Assembly (NCBI GenBank): GCA_964016885.1
Contig: OZ024743.1
Coordinates: forward strand, 119,226,001 to 119,290,000
Direction of reading: 5' to 3'
Origin: Eledone cirrhosa
Taxonomy: Eukaryota
DNA: 64,000 nucleotides
A program made the position numbers and the translations under genes. Within the stretch, counting starts at the first letter, position 1. Every line of letters starts with the position of its first letter. The notes under the pieces are model-generated. The model ran no database searches and was not told the DNA's origin. It saw only the letters and a program-made list of their open reading frames with translations. Shown one piece after another: positions 28,504 through 41,689 of the stretch.

Positions 28504-31160
28504 ATGAAACGCGTAGATTACTTCCCTTGCTTTTATCGAGAATCTAATTGTAATACGTGACGTATTCTATTCTATAGCGATTAGGTCTTCAAAATGTTTA
28601 TTATAAACATACAGAATATTTTCGAATATTCTATGTCTATATTCACATATATATCGCTATTTCAGAGCATTTATTCCAATTTCTAATTTCTGCCGGACCG
28701 GCAACCGCTCTTTCAAACCAGTTCCTGTACACAGCTAAGTATTCTATAAGTCTCTAGCTGTGTCATTCTCGATAAAAGCACTGGATATGTAGTCCTGATG
28801 ATTTCTAACGAGAATGAAACGCGTAGATTACTTCCCTTGCTTTTATCGAGAATCTAATTGTAATACGTGACGTATTCTATTCTATAGCGATTAGGTCTTC
28901 AAAATGTTTATTATAAACATACAGAATATTTTCGAATATTCTATGTCTATATTCACATATATATCGCTATTTCAGAGCATTTATTCCAATTTCTAATTTC
29001 TGCCGGACCGGCAACCGCTCTTTCAAACCAGTTCCTGTACACAGCTAAGTATTCTATAAGTCTCTAGCTGTGTCATTCTCGATAAAAGCACTGGATATGT
29101 AGTCCTGATGATTTCTAACGAGAATGAAACGCGTAGATTACTTCCCTTGCTTTTATCGAGAATCTAATTGTAATACGTGACGTATTCTATTCTATAGCGA
29201 TTAGGTCTTCAAAATGTTTATTATAAACATACAGAATATTTTCGAATATTCTATGTCTATATTCACATATATATCGCTATTTCAGAGCATTTATTCCAAT
29301 TTCTAATTTCTGCCGGACCGGCAACCGCTCTTTCAAACCAGTTCCTGTACACAGCTAAGTATTCTATAAGTCTCTAGCTGTGTCATTCTCGATAAAAGCA
29401 CTGGATATGTAGTCCTGATGATTTCTAACGAGAATGAAACGCGTAGATTACTTCCCTTGCTTTTATCGAGAATCTAATTGTAATACGTGACGTATTCTAT
29501 TCTATAGCGATTAGGTCTTCAAAATGTTTATTATAAACATACAGAATATTTTCGAATATTCTATGTCTATATTCACATATATATCGCTATTTCAGAGCAT
29601 TTATTCCAATTTCTAATTTCTGCCGGACCGGCAACCGCTCTTTCAAACCAGTTCCTGTACACAGCTAAGTATTCTATAAGTCTCTAGCTGTGTCATTCTC
29701 GATAAAAGCACTGGATATGTAGTCCTGATGATTTCTAACGAGAATGAAACGCGTAGATTACTTCCCTTGCTTTTATCGAGAATCTAATTGTAATACGTGA
29801 CGTATTCTATTCTATAGCGATTAGGTCTTCAAAATGTTTATTATAAACATACAGAATATTTTCGAATATTCTATGTCTATATTCACATATATATCGCTAT
29901 TTCAGAGCATTTATTCCAATTTCTAATTTCTGCCGGACCGGCAACCGCTCTTTCAAACCAGTTCCTGTACACAGCTAAGTATTCTATAAGTCTCTAGCTG
30001 TGTCATTCTCGATAAAAGCACTGGATATGTAGTCCTGATGATTTCTAACGAGAAAGAAACGCGTAGATTACTTCCCTTGCTTTTATCGAGAATCTAATTG
30101 TAATACGTGACGTATTCTATTCTATAGCGATTAGGTCTTCAAAATGTTTATTATAAACATACAGAATATTTTCGAATATTCTATGTCTATATTCACATAT
30201 ATATCGCTATTTCAGAGCATTTATTCCAATTTCTAATTTCTGCCGGACCGGCAACCGCTCTTTCAAACCAGTTCCTGTACACAGCTAAGTATTCTATAAG
30301 TCTCTAGCTGTGTCATTCTCGATAAAAGCACTGGATATGTAGTCCTGATGATTTCTAACGAGAATGAAACGCGTAGATTACTTCCCTTGCTTTTATCGAG
30401 AATCTAATTGTAATACGTGACGTATTCTATTCTATAGCGATTAGGTCTTCAAAATGTTTATTATAAACATACAGAATATTTTCGAATATTCTATGTCTAT
30501 ATTCACATATATATCGCTATTTCAGAGCATTTATTCCAATTTCTAATTTCTGCCGGACCGGCAACCGCTCTTTCAAACCAGTTCCTGTACACAGCTAAGT
30601 ATTCTATAAGTCTCTAGCTGTGTCATTCTCGATAAAAGCACTGGATATGTAGTCCTGATGATTTCTAACGAGAATGAAACGCGTAGATTACTTCCCTTGC
30701 TTTTATCGAGAATCTAATTGTAATACGTGACGTATTCTATTCTATAGCGATTAGGTCTTCAAAATGTTTATTATAAACATACAGAATATTTTCGAATATT
30801 CTATGTCTATATTCACATATATATCGCTATTTCAGAGCATTTATTCCAATTTCTAATTTCTGCCGGACCGGCAACCGCTCTTTCAAACCAGTTCCTGTAC
30901 ACAGCTAAGTATTCTATAAGTCTCTAGCTGTGTCATTCTCGATAAAAGCACTGGATATGTAGTCCTGATGATTTCTAACGAGAATGAAACGCGTAGATTA
31001 CTTCCCTTGCTTTTATCGAGAATCTAATTGTAATACGTGACGTATTCTATTCTATAGCGATTAGGTCTTCAAAATGTTTATTATAAACATACAGAATATT
31101 TTCGAATATTCTATGTCTATATTCACATATATATCGCTATTTCAGAGCATTTATTCCAAT
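28504..31160 (+). mobile_element. Tandem array of 310-bp hammerhead-containing units (non-LTR retrozyme-like), ~8.6 copies
   Basis: GCGTAGATTA recurs at 28511, 28821, 29131, 29441, 29751, 30061, 30371, 30681 and 30991 (exact 310-bp period). The only variant I noticed is T>A at 30055. No ORF. Flanked by (GT)n and (TA)n. Confidence 0.92.
28765..28853 (+). ncRNA. Type I hammerhead ribozyme (first of 8 complete copies, repeating every 310 bp)
   Basis: Stem I GTAGTC(28789-94)/GATTAC(28826-31); core CTGATGA 28795-801; stem II TTCT-AACG-AGAA; GAAA 28816-19; palindromic stem III ACGCGT; GUA cleavage triplet 28823-25; distal 16-bp helix ATTCTCGATAAAAGCA/TGCTTTTATCGAGAAT. Confidence 0.9.
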
Positions 31161-31236
31161 ATATATATATATATATATACAACCCCCACCCCCCACCCAC
31201 CCCCACACACACACACATCCACACACACACACACAT

Positions 31237-31271
<35 letters not shown>

Positions 31272-31545
31272 CAGAAGGTGTAGCGGCAGCACAGAGAAAC
31301 AACCCGGCAACTCTTTCCTGGTCAAGATGGTGTATCTCTTCCCTATCTGTTACGCACTATGATTCCTGAGAATACATAGTATTTTATAAAGTAAACAACG
31401 GTTAATTACCGAGGTTTGCCAAAAATTAAAAACAAAATTTGTTTTCGCTCAAAAATAGATGATACGTAAATGAATTCGTGTGTTTTGTAGCAGTATGAAG
31501 CTGTTTGCTAATAACGAATCAAATATTAATAATTTTATAATAATA

Positions 31546-32313
31546 CTAGCAGAATGGCCCGGCGTTGCTCGGGATTTGCTATAGGGTTCTTATATATTTG
31601 ATATATATTTATCCTTATCGAACCTCGTGAAATAAATACGTTTGTTTATATTTTGTTATTGTGTATGCAAAAATATCTGTCCATAAATATATAATTATAT
31701 ATATATATATATATTAAAATAACAGACTAAAGTTTAAGCAAAGAATCACTGCTTTCACCCTTAACGGGATATTCTACCTAAAAGCAGTATGAAGTACATA
31801 CACTAAGACTAATTGATGTAATCTTTGGCCTTGTTTGTTTATATTTTGTTTTTGTGTGTGCAAAAATATCTGTACACGAATATCTATATTAAAATAACAT
31901 ATCAATGTTTAAGCAAAGAATCGCTGCTTTCAACCTTAACGGGATCTTCTTAAACTAAAAAAATCAATCTGGAAAACAGGAAGACGTTCCCTGGCATAAG
32001 AATATACACACACACACACACTGATCGCGTCATAATGACGTAATGCAGATAGTCAGGCATACAGACAGATATTATGAAGGCGCGACGTCATATCTATGTA
32101 TCTATCTAAAAAGCTAAAGACTAAGAGAAAGAGAAAGAGTTCGCTAAATCGCTTAATGCGGTCCCTAGGGCATTGAAAATTTGAAATTTTTTTGCTCAAA
32201 ACACTTCCGGGATCATAAGAGTTACATGTATAAAGTTTGACAAAAACCGGTTGGGTACTTCTCGAGTTTTAGGGAAACAGACACACAGACATCCTCTGTT
32301 TTATATATATAGA
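31546..32313 (-). mobile_element. Non-autonomous Helitron
   Basis: Minus strand starts A|TCTATATATATAAAACAGAGG followed by TGTCTGTGTGTCTG. It ends with hairpin CCCGAGCAACGCCGGG, then CTAG|T. No TSD. Confidence 0.8.
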
Positions 32314-32437
32314 TTATTATTATAATGTATCTATATATTGAAATTTCTTTTTATTTATATGTATATAAATATACAAACATACATATATATATATATATAT
32401 ATTTGTGTGTGTGTGTCATATATACATTATAGATATT

Positions 32438-32619
32438 CAGTGAAATTCCGTTATAACGAACTTCACTGGGTATAAAAAATTCGTTGTTAGGAAAAATCTT
32501 TTATAGCGAGATCGACCGAAACAAATCGAGCGTTTGATTGTTATTACCTCAGGATTGCTAAAATTTCGTTATACTGAAACAATATTGTAATGTTATTCGT
32601 TATAACGGAATTTTACTTG
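32438..32619. mobile_element. pogo-like MITE
   Basis: TIRs CAGTGAAATTCCGTTATAACGAA / TTCGTTATAACGGAATTTTACTTG. Confidence 0.65.
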
Positions 32620-32744
32620 CATAATGTATGTAAATATCATCCACTTTCCCACATACTGTTTGATCAACATTCTTTGTATTTCATTTCTTTCCCGCCTCAT
32701 TCTTCAATTTTTTCTTACTTCCCCATCTACCATTATTTCTGTCT

Positions 32745-33126
32745 AGCATAGTTACGTTTCTTTACGGTCTGAGTTCAAATCCCGTCGAGGTTAACTTTGC
32801 CTTTCATCCTTACGCGGTCGATAAAATAAAGTTCCAGTAATGTACTGGGTAATTTGCTGGCCTTGTGCCAAAAGTAGAAACAATTATTTCTTTGTTTAAA
32901 TTATTCTCTCCGGTGGATTGGCAGTATCGGTAGAGAATCGGACACCATCCTTTGCAGCACAGAGTTACGGCCCTGTATGATCTGATTTCAAATCCCACCG
33001 ATGTTAACTACGCCTTTCATCCTTACGGGGCCGATAAAATAAAATATAAGTCACGCACTGGTGTCGATTTAATCGACTTTCCCCTCCCCAAAATTGCTGG
33101 CCTTGTGCCTATATGAGAAACCATTC
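32745..33126 (+). mobile_element. Two SINEs (truncated 32745-32888; long variant 32911-33126)
   Basis: Same family motifs. AATTATTCTC / AATTATTCCC flank the second copy. Confidence 0.85.
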
Positions 33127-33898
33127 TCTACGAATTATTCCCGTTAATTTAAGTGTCATATGTACACTAGAATATTTTACTATTTCAAAAAAAGTGTTGT
33201 TCTAATGCATACTTATTTTCTTTCCTACTTTTCCCACCCTTTCAATTACCAAAGCTAAATATTCACTATTATCTCTATATTTCTCCATTCCTTCTCTCTT
33301 TTCCTCTCACGATCACCAAGAGATCGTCTCTATAAACTTCTATTTTTTTTCTCTTTTCTTCATACAACAACAACAACAACAACAACAATAATAATAATAA
33401 ATAATAATAATAATAATAATAATAATCTACTCAACGACCGACATATCTATTATATTCTACGGTCCAGTGCACTAAGAAGCGTACACTTGGTTAGACGGAA
33501 GCTATTATATACAATTCCTCATTCCAATGAGTTTTTGGCAATTTTCGAGTGCATAAGTCACAAAGCCAAAGAACCAATTGGTATTTGGAGAATAGGGATG
33601 GCGGTGGGTAGCGTACTATCTCTGAGGTGAGCTTTGGATAATGTGTGTTGGGGAGATGTTAGTTGTGATGGTGGGATGAATACATAAGTAAGCTTAAGTA
33701 AACTGGAACGAATATCGATACCTGGTGATAGACATTAAGTAAAATCGTTCTTGATGATTACTGTGTCTGATGTCTCATAAATAGTATTACTGATATTAAA
33801 CGTATTTTTACACACACACAGACACACATATACATGTATATATACATAGATACATACATACATACATACATACATACATACATACATACATACATACA

Positions 33899-33932
<34 letters not shown>

Positions 33933-33943
33933 CATATATATAT

Positions 33944-34019
<76 letters not shown>

Positions 34020-35958
34020 GTTAGTATATATGTGTATATGTATGTATATATTTATACATGCGTACATTGCATACATGTATGGTCGAATAAGTAGAATTAT
34101 GCTTACATAAACACACACGCATAGAAACCCATGTATGTATATACATTGTGGCGTTTTTATGTAGAAACATAAGCATTACCGAGTCGTGAAGTTTACTTTG
34201 CTATCATATTGTCGCGACTTCGAATCCATTGTACTGTTTCTCGGGCAAGTGTCTTTTACCGTAGATTTTGGTGGACCCAAGTCCTTATTTCTGTGAAACT
34301 GGTTAAACAGATATTGTTTAGAATCCCGTCGGATGCGCAGTACTGAAATTAAAAAGTCCGGCTTTTTCACACACTCTATAATGCTGTTTCTGATGGAGGA
34401 TTACATTAAGGATATATATGTCTAAGTTGTAACTCATTGAGTAGGCACTTCAGCTGATCGTGCAACTTGAATTCGCCTTGTCGAAAGACGTTGGAGATCC
34501 ATTTAATATTTAATTTGTGAAAATACTTATATGTATTTACCGCTCTCGTTCCGCACTTAAAATTGTTAATGATTATGTCACACGGTGAGAATTTGGGTAC
34601 GTGAGATACAATCTCTTATTCAGAGCAAATATCTAAACATATTTTACTCTCCCCTAGGCATGAGTTATGATAGCGAATTGATAAAGTTGTTAGAATGTCA
34701 AAGAAAATGCCTTGGTGTATTTTTCTGATTCTTTGCTCTCTGAGTTCAAATCCCGCTGAAGTTGACTTTGTCTTTCATCACTAAGTGGTCGCAAAATCAA
34801 GTACTATCAGCGATTCTCCCCTCTCTTGGAATCGGTTCTGTTTATTCCAGAAAAAGAAGAGAGTTGAGTGAGTCGTTAACAAATTATTGTCATAGAAAAA
34901 AAAATTGATATGCTAATGAAACCGTTCAAAAATGTCTCGATTTACAGTACAAACCGGAACAAAAATAACGAGAAAAATCAATGAGTGGTATGCATGGAGG
35001 CTAGTACGAGATAAAACAAAACATATACACTGTTGGTGATTTAGAATTCAAACTTGGAAGTCACTAATTGTTTTGATATAAATTCAATCAGCGACGAATA
35101 CGTATTTACTAATGAATCTTTCAATCTCCTCCCTTTGATTCTCTCTCTCTGAGTCTGTCTCGTTTTAGTGTAATCTCGTATAACCACACCTATCTTGTTG
35201 ACGTGAACCTTAAGTAGATCAGAGCATAAGTTGATATTGATTACTGGAGAAAATAGCATTGATGTATTGTCTGATACTTCATTGGTAACAAGAGTACATT
35301 TAAACTGAACATACTAAATAGCTATTAGTATTTTGTCGGTGAAACAACCAACCAATCATCCGTAGTAGTTAACAGTCACTAGAGTCCAGGCACAACGTTA
35401 GTGGAATTTATTAAGCGGGAAAGAAAAAATACAATAGCGGAAACCAAAACATCACAATTCAATCAATATATATATACATACAAAAAGAAAATATACGTAT
35501 ATAGTGTCACTGGTTTCTTTCTTTAATATAAATATTGATTCAATATTAATGAATGATGGTTTCTTCCCCCCCCCCCCCTCTCTTTCTCTCCCTCTCTCGC
35601 TGTGAAGGTACTAAACGTTGGTGACAAAACAGATAAAGTGGTGCTTTCGAACAAAATGATGTCTGGTAATTGTTACACATAAAATTCACGGCGGCTCCTT
35701 TGTCAATTTTGCTATGTAAATGCAGTGAACCAATGATGTGCTTGTTGGCTGGGAGGAAATATGTTACATCGAAATTATTCTTCTCAAAATGCGATATAAA
35801 AAATACGATGACCGTAATTGTGCAGCGAAAATAACATTAGCAGGGACCCCATTTGCTCACCATACGGAGAGGTGGGGAGGGCGAGAGAGAATGAGGCGAT
35901 GGCAGTGGGCGTTCGGCTGCTCTTTCACCTTTTGCTAAAAGAATTGAATTACTGTGTA

Positions 35959-36160
35959 CATACTAAACTATATATACACGATCGAATTTCAAATACTAAA
36001 ATATATAACGATGAAATTTCAAATAATAAACTATATACACGGTCTAATTTCTAATACTAAACGACATATATACACGGTTGAATTTGTTATACTAAACTAT
36101 ATACACGGTCGTGTTTCAAATACTAAACTATATACACGGTCACAAATCACATACTAAACC
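35959..36160. repeat. ~31-bp minisatellite, about 6 copies
   Basis: ATACTAAACTATATACACGGTCGAATTTCAA-like units. Confidence 0.8.
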
Positions 36161-36739
36161 ATTACAACAACGCAAAATAACAACAATAAAGGTAACAAAA
36201 TTAAACATGATAACGACAATAACAATAACAAAAATGACAACACTGTTAGCACTAAGACATAATTCAAAGATCTGCAGTATATGCATAGTTCTATCGATAG
36301 TTTAAGAAATTATTAGCCTAAACATAATAGGATGCCATCACACACTAAAAAAAAAATTCCTACCGCTGGTTTTCACCCTCGAGTAAGTCGAACGCAAACG
36401 TACACACACACACACATATACCAATATAGAGACGACACCCTTTTACATGTATACATTTCAGGCATATGTGTGTGTGCAAGTCTGAGTGATGTATAACTAT
36501 CTGTAAGCATTCCAATTTTTCTCCACGTGTTCTTTACAGCAAAATATCGGTTGTGTGCGAATTCAGTCATTCGTATTTGCCCGTCTTCTTGCCGTTATGG
36601 CGAAGGTTTCTACCATAGCATCTAGTTTTATTCATGTGCAAAGAACCGACATGGTGTCGGCTAAACTCCGAGTAACAGGCTACTGGATCAGCCAAGCTAG
36701 TTTATGTATAGATTATTTGTTCTCTGTTTCTTAACACAC

Positions 36740-36788
<49 letters not shown>

Positions 36789-37027
36789 TATATATAAAGG
36801 GCTGTGCCCCAGCATGGCCTCAGCCGGATGGCTGGGACAGGTAAAAGATTAAAATATATATCTATATATACATACATATATATGTGTATTTATATATATA
36901 TATATTTATATCTAAGTCTATCTTAAGCCAGGTATCGCAACCCAGGAATCGAACCCAAGACATTATGATCGTAAGTCTAACACGCTAACCACTAGGTCAC
37001 GTGCCTCCATTATATATATAGCGCTCG

Positions 37028-37118
<91 letters not shown>

Positions 37119-37393
37119 ATATTGAAGCGCATATATGTAACTCACGAACATAAACATAGAACAAGACGCAGAAATATGTATAAATATTTTAGGTATGTTA
37201 TTATTAGTAGTAGTAGAATTGATAAAAATATATTTCTCATTTCTTCATCCTTTACTTTTCTAATAAAACTATTTTACTTCGGAAAATAGTAAAAATAAAT
37301 AAAAGTGCAACACTCCGGAAATAATCTTTCCACCAGTATAAACAAATAATCCATTATACACACACGCACGCACACACACACACGCACGCACAC

Positions 37394-37492
<99 letters not shown>

Positions 37493-37882
37493 ATATAATA
37501 TAATATAATATAATATAATATGCTCTAATAATCAATATTTAATACAACATAAATTCATATTTTTTTACTTCATAAACACTTTCCTTTTCAATTCCCTTCT
37601 GCTTACAAGAAGCAAACATTAAAAAGTATGTTATAGCGTTAACTATTCATGTATGTATCGTATCCGTATACTGCGCATCATTATACACTAGGAAAATATC
37701 AGTCCATTTTACGGTATGTAGGCTTACCTGTACAAACATGTTAGCATAAGATAATGATAATTTCATAAGTCAACCAGATTCAATGAAAAACTCACATATT
37801 TTTCTCATCTTTATCTTACTGTACTGTGACTGCTCCGCACTATATTGTGTTTTGATTTTTAGCGGGGGCGTGGCTGGGTAAA

Positions 37883-38071
37883 ATAATTGTTTCTACTTTT
37901 GGCACAAGGCCAGCAATTATTCCAGTGCATTACTGGTACTTTATTTTATCGACTCCGTAAGGATGAAAGGTAAATTTAACCTCGGCGGGATTTGAACTCA
38001 GAATGGCAAGGGCCGCAACTCTATGCGTCAAAGCATGGCGTCCGACCCTCTACCGATACTGCCAATCCACC
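37883..38071 (-). mobile_element. tRNA-derived SINE with target-site duplication
   Basis: Full-length, flanked by CTGGGTAAAATAAT / CTGGGTGAAATAAT. Confidence 0.9.
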
Positions 38072-38206
38072 TGGGTGAAATAATGTAACGAAAACTCAAC
38101 GGGTTAGTGTACAGCCATACAGCAACATAAAGATGGAGATGCTATGGAATCAATTGTAATTCAAACTGGATCGGAAACGTGAAACACTGAGTAGTGGTTT
38201 TCAAAA

Positions 38207-38460
38207 ATTCAGGCCCGAATAAAATCTGTCCTTCTCAACTGAAGAGTATTAAGTACACTTTGCTATAATCGTATGCGGAAACGCATATCGATATATGTAA
38301 GAAAGGTTGAGGCTGACCAAAAGGTCATTTATTCAGGCCCGAATAAAATCTATCCTTCTCCACAGAAAAATATTAAGTACCCATTGCAGAAACGTGTTAG
38401 CATTTATATTATATATCGATATATTTAAGAAAGGTTGAGGATGACCAAAAGGGCATTTAT
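38207..38460. repeat. Diverged tandem duplication of ~124 bp
   Basis: ATTCAGGCCCGAATAAAATCT...AAGAAAGGTTGAGG.TGACCAAAAGG.CATTTAT occurs twice. Confidence 0.75.
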
Positions 38461-38855
38461 AGTTTATTATATTCTTTCACAGATATATAATAAATATCAT
38501 TAAAATAATTATGGTCAAGAAATAATCCGATTGCTCAAGTATTTAAAGAATAATGTACGTATAATATTAAATCTTAAATAATAAGTTGTACATGAAGGAC
38601 ACAAAAAAGATACAATGAACAAAACAAATTAAATACAATGAAAAAAGAAGGTAAATACAATGAAGAAAGCAAGTAAATACAATGAACAAAAGTAAGCCAT
38701 CTTTTAAGAATCCCTTTTGTAATATTGATGTAATTGCTTGATAAAATTAGAAAAGAAAATACGAAAAAATATATCTGAAATATGAACCATTGCTAAAAGA
38801 AACAGTGACAATAAAAGGAATAACTAGGATATGCATAATCGTCATGGGTACTCAC

Positions 38856-39008
38856 TATCATTTGTGTCAGAAGATGGTGCTCGTGCAGAATGTGATTGAG
38901 GCGTTGATGGTATGGTTGGTGCTTGCTGTTGATGCTGTTGACTTGGAGACATTTGTGGCATCCTACCGGGAGAACCTAGACTTTGGTTTTGATTGACAAT
39001 TTGCCGAG
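38856..39008 (-). CDS. Probable internal exon of a host gene (Gln/Ser/Pro-rich, likely disordered segment)
   Basis: Acceptor TTTCTACAG|, donor |GTGAGT, 153 bp, symmetric phase 1, open frame RQIVNQNQSLGSPGRMPQMSPSQQHQQQAPTIPSTPQSHSARAPSSDTND. GC is higher than in the flanks. Confidence 0.65.
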
Positions 39009-39572
39009 CTGTAGAAATATAATAATAATAACAATATTAATAATAACTAAAATGTTCAAAGTATTAATTTCTCATACGCTGCACATTTTCTAAAAATGGT
39101 GAAGAGCAAATTAACTGTACCATAAATTGTATCACACCCCTTTCTATTAAAATTAACTTGACAAGATTTGATAACAGCCCAAGCGACTTCAAAGGAAGAG
39201 ACGAAATAAATCTATTTATAGACTGGTATTGCTGACCTACGGTCAAAACAAGCAGTAGAAATCAACAAACAAACCCCAATTCACAACAAACCAATGAGAG
39301 GACAAAAATAAAGTATAAAATTACCAACACTAACAGCCGCAATAACATCCACACCACCATCACCACAACTACCACAGTAATATCTGAAAAAGCAACATTT
39401 TCGAATAACACCTCCTTCAGCCCCACTACCAGCAACACCGCTATCGACACGAGCACAACCACTGCCTTAGTGGTAACTGGAATAATGATAATAATAATTA
39501 TTTCTACTTTTTGACACAAGGCCAGCAATTACCCCAGTGCATTACTGGAGCTTTATTTTATCGACCCCGTAA

Positions 39573-41675
39573 AAGAGTAATGGTCTCTCACTAGAGCTGG
39601 GTGCTCCCTGTAAAAAAATCACTTTACCCAGAGAGACGGCCAACTTTAGGTGGGCATTTGGACCCACAAAAATGCTTTATGGGAAAAAAAATTTAAATAA
39701 TGCACTAATAATCAGGAAGCACATCCCCTAGAAAGAGGCCAGTCTGAGGTCGAAAAGTCATCCACTGGTATAAACCCTTCTCCGAATACGGGAACTATCC
39801 CAACTTGAGCTCTACGTGTTCATTATCATCACCACTACAAAAAAGGGATAAATGGACCCGGGAACATTATAAAGTAATATACGTTTATTACTATGCACTC
39901 GATAAGCAATCTCAAAAGAGACACACCGTAAATTCTTATCAAATATTGAGAACACCCAGACAAGTTAGCAGACCATATTTGAACGAAAACAAGTTAGCAA
40001 ATGTTAGGAGGGATACTTTCAGATATAATAAACTCACAGATACGGAATTAATTGCGATCAGGCATACAGTGGAAACTATTAATATAGGACCGGAAGGCAA
40101 TGAAGAATCGGGAAAAAAGAGTAGCCAGCTACATGTTTTAGTTGAAATGTTATCATCTAACCAAATCAGGTAAAGGATTCAAGGAGTAAGAACACACCCG
40201 GGAAAGTGGGACAGTATTTGAAGACCAAGTATTTGCTTTAGAACACAGTGAGTCTATGATTGAAGTGAAACTGGAAATTCTGAATAAGCAAGCAGTTGTA
40301 AGAAATACAAGTATGATTGATAGAGAACCACCTCAAAAACTCTCAAATACACACCGATATAAAAATAAAATAAAAATTGGTGACAATGCAACAAAAGAAA
40401 TCATACAAGAATTAGAACTTGATCTTACCGAGTTAAATGGAATTGTTTACGTATCTCCTAGGATAATTGAAACAAGATGTATGCTTTCGAAATAACAAAG
40501 AAAGCCATACCGGAGAAGTAAAATTGAAGAAGATATTGAATTAAGAGGAAGGAATATATCAATATTAGATGAACTAAGCTCCGAAAATGATATTAGATTA
40601 AAAAAAGGAAGAAATAGATTGAATTAGATGCACAGAAAAATCCTATAAAAGTTTGCAGGAAAAGCATGAGAAGACATTTCAATAGCAGACCTAAGGATGG
40701 CACGTACAAAGGCTCATAGGTGGAAATCTTCTGGTAAATGTAGAGTGCCAGATTTCTGGCATTAATCGCTCTCACGCGCATACAAATGCTAGTCCAGCTG
40801 TTCAATGAAATTATGAAAGATCCCGACCGAATAGCAAGCGGTATTACTACTTACTAACAAAGAATCCTGAAACCAAAGATAGAAAAACATATCGGCCCAT
40901 AACCTGTTTATCCACCAATTATAATTTACTAACATATATGTTCATGGAGAAATCATATGCATTAAAAAGTGAACAACCTTTCTCATATTGAACAAATGGG
41001 TGTCGACAAGGATGTAAATATCAACTCTTAATTAATTGTACTTGAGAACTGTCATGACAAGTGCAGACATCTAAGGTCTGCATGGATACTGAAATCACAG
41101 GACATCTTCAAAATGTCTCCAGTAATTTAGAAATTTCTGAAATATAATATATCATTGTGGAACATGAATCTCCAAATAAATCATTCAAATGGAGTACTAA
41201 GTTCAAACAATATTAACATCAACTATAGCATTTTCCAAGTTGACTCACTTTCATCTCTAATATTTTTCATAGCTCTAATGCCTACTATTACAATTGAACT
41301 TAACAGAACAAGCTGCATTTATAAAATTGCCATCTATTTTATATGGATGACCTAAAACTATATGGCAAAGACAATGATGAGCTTGAGGGAATTTTACGTC
41401 TGTGAAAGCATTCAGTAAGGGTATCGGGATGGATTTGGAGCTTTATATGTGTGTCAAGTATAATTTCAAGAAAAGGAAGTTGATAAACTCAAATTAAGTC
41501 AAACTGGGTATTGAAACAGTGAAAAGAACATGAGCAAGACCAAACCTATAAATACCTTGATATAAATGAATACTTCGATGTTCAGCATGCAAGCAAGAAA
41601 GAGATCATAGGAAAGAATGTTATAGAAGAATACCAGCAGTTCTGAAATCTGAACCTAATGCACATAACAGATCAT
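39573..41675 (+). pseudogene. Decayed R4/Dong-like non-LTR retrotransposon (N-terminus and RT)
   Basis: Fragments KWTREHYKVIYVYYY, YRPITCLST, EQMGCR, SIFQVDSLSSLIFFIALMP (GIFQGDSLSP motif) and HLFYMDDLKLYGK, with many stops and frameshifts. Confidence 0.8.
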
Positions 41676-41689
41676 CCATCTTCACTTTC

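Noticed and set aside
28504-31160. CRISPR array or coding repeat interpretation of the tandem array
   Set aside because: The units are contiguous and identical with no unique spacers, there is no ORF of 60 aa or more, no cas genes, and the context is eukaryotic.
38225-38300. CTGAAGA ... GAAACGCATA in the 124-bp duplication
   Set aside because: Stems I-III do not pair convincingly and the second copy lacks the core.
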